The notes below the pieces were generated by a model, which saw nothing but the letters and a program-made list of their open reading frames with translations, was not told the DNA's origin and searched no databases. This document shows, one piece after another, positions 39,253-48,977 of a stretch of 64,000 nt of DNA. The stretch comes from a virus. The position numbers and the translations under genes are program-made. Each line of letters begins with the position of its first letter. Within the stretch, counting starts at the first letter, position 1. The stretch spans positions 27,043-91,042 of the IMG/VR virus record IMGVR_UViG_3300029787_005266; one strand, 5' to 3'.

Positions 39253-40170
39253 TTACAATTTAAATAATCGAGTAATCATAGAATCGAACCATTTAGGTTC
39301 TTGTTTTCCGTCGAATCCTGTTGCATTCACATTGTGAAAAGCCGTTTTTGTGTTGGTCACTGCTGTAGAAGTTGTATCAATATGAAACAGATTTGTTCTA
39401 AATGGATCCATATTCTTGACGTCATGGTAATATGTAGGTTTGTCACGGTGAGAATAATTTGACATAACCGGATCCATAAATTTTGTTCTTTTCCGAACAA
39501 GTGCTTCGTGTTCTTTTACTAACTCTGGAACTCTGCCTTGCTTCCAATCTATATGCTCAAATATATTTTTCACTATGCCTATCGAAGGAGCAACTACTTC
39601 ATTGGCAAATTTCCATTGGTCCAACGGTGTAGGGTGTATGTCATTGTAGAGCGGTGCTTTATCGCTTCTATGCATAGAGAAACAAGTGTGATTGAGACTC
39701 CAAGATCCTGTGGTCATTAGTTTGAGATACCTTCTCTCTTGGGGAGTAAATTGGAAATAGAAGAAATTATAGCATTCTATGTTTCTTGTCTGGCACAATA
39801 GATTGACTGCATCTATACACATGGCCAAGTTTCTTAATCTCTCATTTGGATGAAAATGTTCTCCAACATACTTGAGATCTGTATGTGTTACAACATCCTT
39901 ATACTGTGGACAATATCTTTCATGCCCAGTCCACATAACACAAACTTTTCCTACATCTTTTGGATCATGAGCACGTTCGAATTTGCACACTGGTACTCTG
40001 TTGTTCAAATAATCAATTACTCTATAGGCAATAATACTGTTATCGATACCAGCCTCTCCCACATTGACCACTTGATGAGGTTGCTTTTCAGTTGACCATT
40101 CTTTAAGATAATTGGCCCAAGTAGGCCATTTGTATTGCGTGAAACTACAACCTGCAGTTAAAACTATCAT
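39253..40170 (-). CDS. SGNH hydrolase-like hypothetical protein
   Basis: AGCSFT, G..GIDN..I, VMWT...R, DIHPTP. Confidence 0.5.
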   Translation of the reverse strand: MIVLTAGCSFTQYKWPTWANYLKEWSTEKQPHQVVNVGEAGIDNSIIAYRVIDYLNNRVPVCKFERAHDPKDVGKVCVMWTGHERYCPQYKDVVTHTDLKYVGEHFHPNERLRNLAMCIDAVNLLCQTRNIECYNFFYFQFTPQERRYLKLMTTGSWSLNHTCFSMHRSDKAPLYNDIHPTPLDQWKFANEVVAPSIGIVKNIFEHIDWKQGRVPELVKEHEALVRKRTKFMDPVMSNYSHRDKPTYYHDVKNMDPFRTNLFHIDTTSTAVTNTKTAFHNVNATGFDGKQEPKWFDSMITRLFKL

Positions 40171-40511
40171 ACCGCAAAGTTTTCAAGATCACCGTCGAGT
40201 AATTGCAACATTACCGCTGGCTTCTCAGAAAAGAATAACACATATGTTTTCTTTTGGTTTATATAATAAGGACACGAACAGGCACGATCAAGATTCAACA
40301 TGCCTTTCACAGTCATTGTATTTTTCAATTTGATTTTATAATGCTTGAAATCACAGTGTTTCAACAAGTGAAATCCTTTATAGGTCAATTGGAAATTAGT
40401 TGCATCACTTTTGATATTGCGGAACATGACAGCAGGCAGGCTTCTGATAGAATCAGAGACACCGCATCGTCCTTTTACAATGTTGGCAAGTGCAAGTTTA
40501 GTGAGTTTCAT
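40167..40511 (-). CDS. Hypothetical protein
   Basis: Overlap-coupled ORF. Confidence 0.55.
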   Translation of the reverse strand: MKLTKLALANIVKGRCGVSDSIRSLPAVMFRNIKSDATNFQLTYKGFHLLKHCDFKHYKIKLKNTMTVKGMLNLDRACSCPYYINQKKTYVLFFSEKPAVMLQLLDGDLENFAV

Positions 40512-40794
40512 CTTTCAACAACTTGCCCTTGGTTAGTTCATACACTGCAAAATCTTTTGTCTTGAACATATTGTTGAGTTTCTGTGCTAGGTTATGAGCA
40601 TGACCAGGATTCGAAAAAGAAACTTTCTTGTATTTTGGCCCTGGGTAGTTGGACACTATAGAAGAAGTTTTGAGATTGATTGGTTTCTGTTTGAAGAACA
40701 CCGCAAAGATGGCAGAAGCCTCTAAGATCTCTTCCATCTTGAAACTTTTGTTGTTTGTGTGTTGCAACAAGGTCTTTGGTTTTGGCCTACTCAT
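40498..40794 (-). CDS. Hypothetical basic phage protein
   Basis: MSRPKP...GPKYKKVSFSNPGHA.NLA; TAAATA 10 nt upstream (40805-40810). Confidence 0.65.
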   Translation of the reverse strand: MSRPKPKTLLQHTNNKSFKMEEILEASAIFAVFFKQKPINLKTSSIVSNYPGPKYKKVSFSNPGHAHNLAQKLNNMFKTKDFAVYELTKGKLLKDETH

Positions 40795-40838
40795 ATGTAA
40801 TGAGTATTTATCGGTCTATTTAAGCAGGGCGTTGGTTT

Positions 40839-41081
40839 TTATTCTAGTTCTAGTGCTACAAGATCATCATATCCGCCAACACGATCGCCATTGATAAAAA
40901 TTTGTGGAACTGTCCTTACAGTTGGATACTCAGCCATGAATGACTCTCTGACAGCAGGGTCTTCTATGCTTTCTTCAGTCCATTCTAATCCTTTTGACTG
41001 CAACAGAGATTTGGCTTTGACACAGTATGGACAAACTGTTTTTGTAATCATTTTAATTTCTTTAATATCTTCTATTTTCAT
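40839..41081 (-). CDS. Glutaredoxin
   Basis: CPYC, RTVPQIFI, GGYDDL. Confidence 0.9.
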   Translation of the reverse strand: MKIEDIKEIKMITKTVCPYCVKAKSLLQSKGLEWTEESIEDPAVRESFMAEYPTVRTVPQIFINGDRVGGYDDLVALELE

Positions 41082-41776
41082 TTGTGCTCCTCGTATTGCA
41101 TATTGTTATAATTTGTATGTATATAGTTTACATCGGAAAGATCAAAAAACTTTTTGTTGTAATCTACAAAATCTATTTTTTTCATCTCTTTGAAATCATT
41201 TGTGGAAAATATCAGCCACTGATTTGTAACAAATCTCAATGGCAATGTTTTCACTATGTATTGTAAATCGTCTTTCACCAAGTTTGATAAGTGTATCATT
41301 TTATTATAATGGCTGTATACTATTGTGTCTGGTCTTTCGTCTTGGTCCAAGTCGCATATTTGTCTAAGATCAAAGCCTGGAATGTTAATAGTGATCATCT
41401 TTGATTTCTTAATTGATGAAATACTTGAAACCTTTTCTTTGATATGCTCAAAATCTCCTGTAAATTTAAAATATTGTCTGATCAAATATGTCACTAAATG
41501 ATATTCTTTTTCAGATAAGGCCCACTTGCCCTGCAATGGTTCGTAATTTGTAATGTTGCAGTCGATACCCTCTAAAGCAACACATAAGTCTAAACATGTA
41601 TAACCTCCTAGTGCAGTAATATTTGTAGGCTTTATATGAGCCATTATTTGTTTGAGTAAAAAATATTCTAATAAGTCGTGATCAAAATAAAATTTTGCAA
41701 CATCATATGTGAAGTTGTTATGACTGTTAACACTTTTTGTGAAAGAATTTAATTTAGTGTGTAAAGATTCTAGCAT
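41078..41776 (-). CDS. Hypothetical protein
   Basis: 232-aa AT-rich ORF with no recognised motif. Confidence 0.5.
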   Translation of the reverse strand: MLESLHTKLNSFTKSVNSHNNFTYDVAKFYFDHDLLEYFLLKQIMAHIKPTNITALGGYTCLDLCVALEGIDCNITNYEPLQGKWALSEKEYHLVTYLIRQYFKFTGDFEHIKEKVSSISSIKKSKMITINIPGFDLRQICDLDQDERPDTIVYSHYNKMIHLSNLVKDDLQYIVKTLPLRFVTNQWLIFSTNDFKEMKKIDFVDYNKKFFDLSDVNYIHTNYNNMQYEEHK

Positions 41777-41785
41777 CCGGTTTCA

Positions 41786-42001
41786 TTACTCTTTGAATCC
41801 TCCGCCGGTAAGTTCTATTTCCTGTACCTGATTTGGCGTATTAATTTGCTTATCTACTAGTCTTAGTAACAACATGTTCAAAGCATTTCTAACTCTTTTG
41901 ATAGTTTCGATATCAAATTTCATTTCCTTTTGCCTGGAATTATCTGCTCTGTTTATTGCTTCGATAAAATTTTTGATATGTAATGTTTCGTCTTGCTTCA
42001 T
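41786..42001 (-). CDS. Hypothetical protein
   Basis: Ends ELTGGGFKE; TAAATA 5 nt upstream. Confidence 0.6.
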   Translation of the reverse strand: MKQDETLHIKNFIEAINRADNSRQKEMKFDIETIKRVRNALNMLLLRLVDKQINTPNQVQEIELTGGGFKE

Positions 42002-42017
42002 ACTGCTATTTAAACAA

Positions 42018-42518
42018 TCACTTTGACCTGTTTACTAGTGAAAAAGCCTGTTTTTGTTCAGTAACAGTTTTGAACGGGCCTTTAAATTCATTGCCTTCTA
42101 GTGTGCTCAGTTTGGGGCAAAATCCTCTTACCCAACCTTTGGGGAAATGAACTAAAAAATATCCAGCCGCATACATGTTGTCCGAATTTGCACTCTTACT
42201 GTATAGAGCAATTTTTTTATGCACATCAAACACACCATTGTGTGGAATGTGTTTAGTTGGATAGTCATACAATACTCTGTCAGGTTCCTGCGGTTCGATC
42301 TCTGCAGAATGATCTAGTACAAATTTAGTGTTTACTTCATCTTCCGTCATGGTTAGTATTGTGGAATCTACACAAGTAATCACATATTGTGTGTCTGTGT
42401 GTTTTTGAATTGTACCTATTTTGGAACCGTTATGTAATAACAACCAGAATCTGTTAGGCAACAACTGCTTCGTTGTTACTGACTCTTGCGTTAAAAGGCT
42501 CTGCATAAAATTTGACAT
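42018..42518 (-). CDS. Hypothetical protein (start uncertain)
   Basis: YAAGYF...W...FCPKL.TL....F.GPFKT motif. Confidence 0.55.
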   Translation of the reverse strand: MSNFMQSLLTQESVTTKQLLPNRFWLLLHNGSKIGTIQKHTDTQYVITCVDSTILTMTEDEVNTKFVLDHSAEIEPQEPDRVLYDYPTKHIPHNGVFDVHKKIALYSKSANSDNMYAAGYFLVHFPKGWVRGFCPKLSTLEGNEFKGPFKTVTEQKQAFSLVNRSK

Positions 42519-43464
42519 TGTCTCTTATCCTTACTAGTTCATGTTTACTACAAAATTTTAACAGATGTATACCAACATTTGCAACCTGTTTTGGATTATT
42601 TTCTGTGTCTGCTATTGTTGAAAACATAATCTCTTTTATATCATCAGGTTGTTGGGTTAAGTCTATCACTTGTTGATTAGTAGCATATTCTTGTTTCACT
42701 ATTCTTTCTTTGCCTTCATGATCAACCCATCTTGCATTCATAATATTATTCCATGCAAATCCTTGATTGTGTCGATCTTCGAATGCTTCTAACAACTTGT
42801 TTTTTCTTACTTTTGGATATGCTGAAAACACATTGTCTGACGAATCACCACGCATACATTTTTCGAACAACAACCATTCTGGATTGGGTGCTTCTTTTTC
42901 TGCTTTTGTTTTTTTGTCTATGATATGTTTTCCATGCTCATCAAAAAAGCCTTCATGAGTAATCAGCACATCGGTAATGCCATTGTACTGTGAAACATTA
43001 TGAGCAATCAATTGGTAGAAATCAGAATCAGAACTTACTATGATATGATTGTCATCTGGATGCGATTGAATCCATCCTGCAATATAATCATCTGCTTCTA
43101 GTCTTGAGTGTTGTAATACTGTGCTATTTGTTTTTGTTTCTACAAACTCTTTGAATGAATCAAACGATTCCCAAAACACTTTGTCTGCTTCCATTTCTGC
43201 TGGGGACATGGCTTCACGTGTTTCTTTCCTATTTGCTTTGTATGGAGTGTATGCATCTTTACGCCAAGACCTACCTTCAAAACAAAACACAACATGATCT
43301 GCTTTGAATCTTTCCCAACATTTTTTAACTGAGTTGATACAGATATGTAATGCTAGGCCTGTCTTGGTGTCTATATCATCACCACGGACAACATGTCTCG
43401 CCCTAAAGAATGTGTTGGCAGAATCAAAAAGTAGATATGTTTTAGGAGATTTCAGTTTTGCCAT
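42454..43464 (-). CDS. rnh: RNase H / 5'-3' flap exonuclease (T4 Rnh-like)
   Basis: D..N...R, SWRK, YKANR, EADD.IA, SSDSDF.QL, GDSSDNV. Confidence 0.85.
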   Translation of the reverse strand: MAKLKSPKTYLLFDSANTFFRARHVVRGDDIDTKTGLALHICINSVKKCWERFKADHVVFCFEGRSWRKDAYTPYKANRKETREAMSPAEMEADKVFWESFDSFKEFVETKTNSTVLQHSRLEADDYIAGWIQSHPDDNHIIVSSDSDFYQLIAHNVSQYNGITDVLITHEGFFDEHGKHIIDKKTKAEKEAPNPEWLLFEKCMRGDSSDNVFSAYPKVRKNKLLEAFEDRHNQGFAWNNIMNARWVDHEGKERIVKQEYATNQQVIDLTQQPDDIKEIMFSTIADTENNPKQVANVGIHLLKFCSKHELVRIRDNVKFYAEPFNARVSNNEAVVA

Positions 43465-43795
43465 CCTCTCTCACTGTGCGTTTTACTATTTCTTCTGTGC
43501 TTCTGCCCATTGGAGTATCTTCTGTGGCAATAGTATTACACAACACTGAGAACCAATGATCAACAATCTCTTCATCAGAGTTGCCTGAGAACCCATGTTC
43601 TTTCAGATTAGTTACAAAATGTTTGTTCCAATCCAATTCAAAATAACCCATCTTTGGATTGTCTGCATCAACTTTTGTGTCCAAAACTTTAACATAAGGC
43701 ACACCTTCTTTTGTTGCTATTTCTTTTTCTGTTAGGGGTGTTTGTACTGTATTCTTTTTCTTACCACCAAACATGTTTTTCATTTTATCTAACAT
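43442..43795 (-). CDS. Hypothetical protein
   Basis: Start moved to ATG 43795, 6 nt after TATAAT; GYFELDWN..F...L. Confidence 0.6.
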   Translation of the reverse strand: MLDKMKNMFGGKKKNTVQTPLTEKEIATKEGVPYVKVLDTKVDADNPKMGYFELDWNKHFVTNLKEHGFSGNSDEEIVDHWFSVLCNTIATEDTPMGRSTEEIVKRTVREDGKTEIS

Positions 43796-43801
43796 AGTAT
43801 T

Positions 43802-43830
43802 ATTATAAGCATTCTTACCAAATTTGTCAA
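43802..43830 (-). promoter_or_regulatory. Perfect sigma70 promoter TTGACA-17-TATAAT
   Basis: TGTCAA at 43825-43830 (overlaps queE stop), ATTATA at 43802-43807. Confidence 0.85.
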
Positions 43831-44723
43831 GTACCAATTGCATTACCAAACAGATATACATGAACTCTGGCCGCTACATTGAAACCACGTTGAAATGCCT
43901 TTTTGGCAACTTCTCCTGCTGTCATACTCTGTTCTTCTTCTCTTGCTCCAACAGGCATCACCCATACAGGCCAATCAACACCGACATCTCGAAATTGCTT
44001 AACCACAGAGTCAAGTTCTTCCCATTCTCTATCTCTGTGTCCAACAACAAATTTAAGTTGTCCAAAGTCTCTTGTTTCTTTATATTCAGCAACTGTTTCT
44101 GGTTTGATTGCTTTTGCGGCTTTTTCTCCTGCTACTGACCAAAGTTTTGGACTCACTGAAAAGAATACTTCTTGTTCCATGTTAGCCAGAAACTCTTTTG
44201 TTGTATCTTTCAACTTTTGTGTACCGTTGGTCTCGAATGTAATCGAACTAGGAGTGTTCTCACGTTCTTGTAAAGATTTCATTATTCCAACTATGGCATC
44301 CTGTGTCATCAACATCAATGGCTCTCCGCCAGTAAAACAAAGATGTTGTGTCTGATCTGACACAGGATGTCTAAACAATCCATCAGGATTGGAGTCGTTG
44401 CGGAGAATATCTACAATTTTGTCTGCTAACACTTCAGGAGTTTCTTGCCCCATCAAGTGTTTAAATTTTTTTGCCCAAGTGTATGAAGAATCACAACCAT
44501 GTTTCCAAACAGGCAAGTCTTCAACCCTGTTTACTGTTTTAGGATCAAAGTCTTCATATGGTAATTCATAAGTGTCTGGATTGGTTGGATCTATTTGTCC
44601 AAACCCGTTGCATTGTAAGTTACACAAGAAAAATCTTATCCATGCAGTTGGCACACCTGTATAGTGTCCTTCGCCTTGGATAGAGTGGAAGATCTCGGAA
44701 TAGTAATACTTCTTGTCAGACAT
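43827..44723 (-). CDS. queE: 7-carboxy-7-deazaguanine synthase (radical SAM)
   Basis: EIFHSIQGEG...G.P..WIR...CNLQC(long insert)GCDS, TGGEP, ETNGT, SVSPKL, R.H; start at ATG 44723. Confidence 0.85.
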   Translation of the reverse strand: MSDKKYYYSEIFHSIQGEGHYTGVPTAWIRFFLCNLQCNGFGQIDPTNPDTYELPYEDFDPKTVNRVEDLPVWKHGCDSSYTWAKKFKHLMGQETPEVLADKIVDILRNDSNPDGLFRHPVSDQTQHLCFTGGEPLMLMTQDAIVGIMKSLQERENTPSSITFETNGTQKLKDTTKEFLANMEQEVFFSVSPKLWSVAGEKAAKAIKPETVAEYKETRDFGQLKFVVGHRDREWEELDSVVKQFRDVGVDWPVWVMPVGAREEEQSMTAGEVAKKAFQRGFNVAARVHVYLFGNAIGT

Positions 44724-44729
44724 AGTGTT

Positions 44730-44758
44730 ATTATACAATAGTATTTAGACAATGTCAA
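44730..44758 (-). promoter_or_regulatory. Perfect sigma70 promoter TTGACA-17-TATAAT with TAAATA nested in the spacer
   Basis: TGTCAA at 44753-44758, ATTATA at 44730-44735, TATTTA at 44742-44747; ATG 6 nt after the -10. Confidence 0.85.
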
Positions 44759-45335
44759 ATGTAAGTTCTCTGCAATCACGATGAGTACCTGCCTTGGGTG
44801 TGTAATTGCCTTTGGCTATATATTCGTCTAATAACTTGCTACAATGTATTGAATGTTCTATAGACATATTGTAATGATACCCTATTATGAAAGTGTCTTG
44901 TTCTTTCCATGTTATATTAGGATCTCTTCCATCCATAGACATACGTTTCATAGTTTGGTATTGTTCTTTATTGTCTAATAGTATACAACCTCCTCGTTTT
45001 GCATCAATAGGTTTGCCATTGCCAAAACTTAAACATTGTACTTGTCCTTGTCTATACATGTCTGGAGATAGTTGCCATGCACTGTCCCAGATATTTGATC
45101 CATGCAATTGATATTCGCCGATCCATTCTTCGCCGGTCAATTCATATATAATGCCCAACTTGTGAAACAACATAGGCACACTCAAATATGTAAAGGCAGT
45201 GCTTGTAATCTTTTTGGGTTTGGCATATCTAAGTGCAATTTCTAATGCATGGGTGCAACAATCAGTTGCTATCACATATGGAGCGCCTGTAAATTTAGAC
45301 AGTTTATCTTCAAATTGTTTTATTTGTTCGAGCAT
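44745..45335 (-). CDS. Short (196 aa) DegT-family PLP-dependent protein
   Basis: FEDKL..FTG, CT.AL, WDSA, LSFGNGKP (PLP Lys), GG.IL, G..YNM; lacks the C-terminal domain. Confidence 0.65.
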   Translation of the reverse strand: MLEQIKQFEDKLSKFTGAPYVIATDCCTHALEIALRYAKPKKITSTAFTYLSVPMLFHKLGIIYELTGEEWIGEYQLHGSNIWDSAWQLSPDMYRQGQVQCLSFGNGKPIDAKRGGCILLDNKEQYQTMKRMSMDGRDPNITWKEQDTFIIGYHYNMSIEHSIHCSKLLDEYIAKGNYTPKAGTHRDCRELTFDIV

Positions 45336-45838
45336 GTGACCTGCATTGTATATCGATGTTCATATCCCATATTGTAGGCGGCATGTAAAGTTGAACCTTT
45401 CCAACTGCATACATCTCCAGCTTTCCATGTAGAAAATACATTATTTTCAATCTGCATCATGTGTCCTATTTTAGCATCTTCTAGAAAAATTATATACCTA
45501 TGAATGTCGGCAATGTCATTTATTTCGTATGCTTTTACATAGTTTTCATACAAGTCAGAATGCAGTGGCAAAATATTTCCAGGAGGTGTTCTGTTGAATG
45601 CAACAGCAACAATGTCGTAATCAAATTGTGCTGTCACTTCATTGACAAATTTTGGCATAGGATTTGGCATACTGTAAACATCATTGTTGATGATATGCTT
45701 GTAAGGATCTTGACTATATTGGATGTAATTGTTAGATCCATATCCACCTAATGTTTTATAATCTAGATTGATAAAGTCTTGTATGTTCCAACATACTTTA
45801 ATATTTGTTATCAAAAGTGTACTCCAATTCATAATCAC
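45320..45838 (-). CDS. Cupin/2OG-Fe(II) oxygenase-like protein (start uncertain)
   Basis: PGNILPLHSD (HxD)...HAAYN...RYTMQV. Confidence 0.6.
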   Translation of the reverse strand: MIMNWSTLLITNIKVCWNIQDFINLDYKTLGGYGSNNYIQYSQDPYKHIINNDVYSMPNPMPKFVNEVTAQFDYDIVAVAFNRTPPGNILPLHSDLYENYVKAYEINDIADIHRYIIFLEDAKIGHMMQIENNVFSTWKAGDVCSWKGSTLHAAYNMGYEHRYTMQVTCSNK

Positions 45839-46778
45839 GTTCTAGTTCAACAGTGCAACAATGTGGTCCGCCACTCAAAGATCTCTGATGTCTCATATGC
45901 ACAGGTATTACAGTGAATCCTTTTGTTTCTAACACATTGATCAAATTAGTTTGTGTGGATTGCACAACCACAGTGTCTTCGTCAAGACTCACACAATTCA
46001 TGCCAGTCCATTGACTCATCATTGCTTCAGGGCCTGCATAATTCATTTCTATAGGTTCTGGACATTCTATTAAATCCCAATTACGCATACCGTACGGTAA
46101 CACATCTTTATTTTTAATTCTACTAGGATTTATTAATGCAGTGCCAGGTTTCAGCAAAGCAATAGTGCTGTCTAAATGAGAGTAGGAATATACATCTGAA
46201 ATAATATGCACATTGAAGTTTGGTCCAAGTAATTTTTGTAATTGTTCTGCTCCTGCATAGTTGCCAGTATTAGAATGTAGATACAAAATATCTCTACCTG
46301 CTCTTAGTACATTAGCGGCATCCCACATTGGCGTAAAATTTACAGTAGCCAATTTGTTTTTGTTCATAATACAACTATCTTCATAATCCTTTTGCGTGAA
46401 TTGTATTGCAGTAAGGTCATTTGTAACTTTGCACATATATTTGTATTCGTCTTTTCTGCAGTTCATAGACATAGGTGATGCTATTATTTTTTTATCAATG
46501 GTTAAAATATTATCACGTGGGCAATACAAATAATGATTAACTTCTGCTGGTTCAGGCCTGATTACCTCTGATCCAAAGTCTTTGTAAATTTTTGCTAAAG
46601 ATTCTAAATCTTCATTTGCTTCATCTATAATTGTTTGTGAATATGCTCCTACAGGAATAGAATCTTGTAATGATCGATCAGCATAATTGATGTGTCTAAC
46701 TCCTAATTCATTAGGCAAATATCTCGCACCTGTGGCAGTGCCAACGATAACCTTTTTAACTTTGCCCCATTCGTTCAT
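45798..46778 (-). CDS. Amidinotransferase (pentein; AGAT/StrB1-like)
   Basis: EWG.VKKVIVG, CPRD, DAAN, SNTGN, HLDST, GGPHCCT (Asp-His-Cys triad). Confidence 0.85.
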   Translation of the reverse strand: MNEWGKVKKVIVGTATGARYLPNELGVRHINYADRSLQDSIPVGAYSQTIIDEANEDLESLAKIYKDFGSEVIRPEPAEVNHYLYCPRDNILTIDKKIIASPMSMNCRKDEYKYMCKVTNDLTAIQFTQKDYEDSCIMNKNKLATVNFTPMWDAANVLRAGRDILYLHSNTGNYAGAEQLQKLLGPNFNVHIISDVYSYSHLDSTIALLKPGTALINPSRIKNKDVLPYGMRNWDLIECPEPIEMNYAGPEAMMSQWTGMNCVSLDEDTVVVQSTQTNLINVLETKGFTVIPVHMRHQRSLSGGPHCCTVELERDYELEYTFDNKY

Positions 46779-46801
46779 TCATTAAATACTTATATAATAC
46801 A

Positions 46802-47869
46802 ATGTTACGCCAATTTAAAAGATGGTCTCCATGGGATCCTGTGAAATCAATTATGCTTGGTTCCTGTTATTCTGAAAAATTTTTTGAGCCAGTAAAAAAC
46901 CAAAAGTTACGAGAATCATTACAAAAAATCTGTATTGAAACAAACGAAGATATAGATCGAATAGAAAGAATTTACCGAAGCATGGATGTAGAAGTGACTC
47001 GAACATTGATTGATGAATCTGAAACAATTGAAGATTATTTGGATGACTCGGGAGCATTGAAACACAAAGCATGGAAACCAAAGTCACTAGTACCGCGCCC
47101 ACCTATTATGCCACGAGACTGTCAAGTTGTGATAGGAGAACATATGTTCGTAAATTTAATAGGTGATCGAAACATGATGAAGTCTTTGTTCAACGTAATG
47201 GATGATCCAATTGAACAGTGTGTGATTCCAGTTGATCACGGCTTCAAAGGATTACATGGAGGGCATCAAACATTAATAGGAAATAGATTATACTTAGACA
47301 CTGATGCAGGCAATTATGATCCGGAGTACAATGAAAAATTCAAACGTATTCTAAATCATTACTATCCCCAAATACAAGTGCATCAGTTAGAAATAGGTGG
47401 CCATAATGATTGTTGTTTTCATCCTTGCAAACCAGGTGTGCTGATTTCCTTAAACGACATACAGAATTACGATGAAACATTTCCAGGCTGGGATGTTCAT
47501 TATATTGAAGATGCTAATCTTGACAAAGTTGAAGGTTGGTTAGATATAAAAGATAAGAATAAGGGCAGATGGTGGGTGCCAGGTGAAGAGAAGAACAATG
47601 AATTTGCAGAATTTGTTGAAACATGGCTAACAGAATGGGTAGGATATGTAGAAGAAACGGTGTTTGATGTTAATGTTCATATGGTAAATCCTGAAACAGT
47701 AATTGTTAATTCACATAACAAAGAACTATTTTCTTATTTCGAAACACACAAAATACAACCAATTATTGCTCCATTCAGGCACAGACACTTTTGGGATGGA
47801 GGAGTGCATTGTATGACTTTAGATTTATATCGTGAAGGTGAGTGTGAAGATTATTTTTCCCAAGGATAA
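46802..47869 (+). CDS. Second amidinotransferase-like pentein enzyme, divergently transcribed
   Basis: WDP.K...LG, MPRD, HNDCCF..CKPG, FDVN, FWDGGVHCMTLDL.R. Confidence 0.8.
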   Translation: MLRQFKRWSPWDPVKSIMLGSCYSEKFFEPVKNQKLRESLQKICIETNEDIDRIERIYRSMDVEVTRTLIDESETIEDYLDDSGALKHKAWKPKSLVPRPPIMPRDCQVVIGEHMFVNLIGDRNMMKSLFNVMDDPIEQCVIPVDHGFKGLHGGHQTLIGNRLYLDTDAGNYDPEYNEKFKRILNHYYPQIQVHQLEIGGHNDCCFHPCKPGVLISLNDIQNYDETFPGWDVHYIEDANLDKVEGWLDIKDKNKGRWWVPGEEKNNEFAEFVETWLTEWVGYVEETVFDVNVHMVNPETVIVNSHNKELFSYFETHKIQPIIAPFRHRHFWDGGVHCMTLDLYREGECEDYFSQG

Positions 47870-48279
47870 ACAATCCAGGTAGGCTCTTTATCCTTATCAA
47901 TTTTTTGAAACCAATAATCAACACTAAATTCTGAAGGTATGTTGTCATGTATGACAGCATAGTCAATATCTAAATTTCTTTGATCAAACATATCCTGTAA
48001 GAATCTAAATGTTTCTCCAGTATCATTTATATCATCTACACACAAATATCTCCCATGTGGAATATCATGAATCATTGTAGGTTTATTCACATGGTCACGT
48101 AATGAACAATTGACTGAATACATTGGAATATCTAATTCGTGAGATATAATTACAGCAGGAATAAGTCCACCTCTTTGTATGCCTATGACTGCTTTATATC
48201 CCATGTCTCTGGCATTGTCCGCAATTAATCTACTTGCTTCTTGTATTTGTGTCCATGTGATGAATATTTTGTCTGGCAT
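47851..48279 (-). CDS. Type I purine phosphoribosyltransferase (Gpt-like)
   Basis: GIQRGGLIPA, CVDDINDTGET, WIVYPWE. Confidence 0.9.
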   Translation of the reverse strand: MPDKIFITWTQIQEASRLIADNARDMGYKAVIGIQRGGLIPAVIISHELDIPMYSVNCSLRDHVNKPTMIHDIPHGRYLCVDDINDTGETFRFLQDMFDQRNLDIDYAVIHDNIPSEFSVDYWFQKIDKDKEPTWIVYPWEK

Positions 48280-48977
48280 TATTTCGGAGCGAATTGTTGT
48301 TGCAGTTTTATATTGTCCATAAATTCTTTCTTTGTTGCTGGATCAGTTGCAAACGCACCTTCTAACACAGTGGTCTGTGTCAAACTTGAATGTGCTTCAA
48401 TTCCTCTGTGTTCAACACAACCGTGAGTTGCTTGAACATAAACACCAACATTCTCGGAGTTGGTTGCTTTCATTATTTCTCTACATATATCCATTGCAAG
48501 TTCTTCTTGCAGTGTTCCACGTTTTGCACACCATTGTGCTATCCTTGTATATTTGCTTAAACCTATTAATGTATCTCCAGCAATAATACCAATGTATGCT
48601 ACACCCTTCACTGGTTGATGATGATGTGAACACATACTTACTATCTCTGATCTCACAGTCAACAAACCTTTGTATGCAGTTGTTGAATCATTTGGAAATG
48701 CAGTGGCAGGCGGCATTGGATCATACCTACCGCTCATTAATTCGTTGATATACATCTTTGATAATCTTTTTGCAGTCCCGTTACTATTTGGATCATTTTC
48801 CACGTCAATGACTAATCCTTCTAACACCTTTTGAAACTGATGTGTAAGTTCATCTATCAGCATTTCTTTTTCGCCCTCTTGTATGAACTCACTTATATTA
48901 TCACCGGCCCAAAATCTTTTGCCTGCTTCTTGTAATCGTTGTCTTATTCTTTTAGATATTAAGAAAACCTCTGTCAT
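48279..48977 (-). CDS. folE: GTP cyclohydrolase I
   Basis: SMCSHH, GLSKYTRI, LQEEL, HGC...RG. Confidence 0.95.
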   Translation of the reverse strand: MTEVFLISKRIRQRLQEAGKRFWAGDNISEFIQEGEKEMLIDELTHQFQKVLEGLVIDVENDPNSNGTAKRLSKMYINELMSGRYDPMPPATAFPNDSTTAYKGLLTVRSEIVSMCSHHHQPVKGVAYIGIIAGDTLIGLSKYTRIAQWCAKRGTLQEELAMDICREIMKATNSENVGVYVQATHGCVEHRGIEAHSSLTQTTVLEGAFATDPATKKEFMDNIKLQQQFAPK

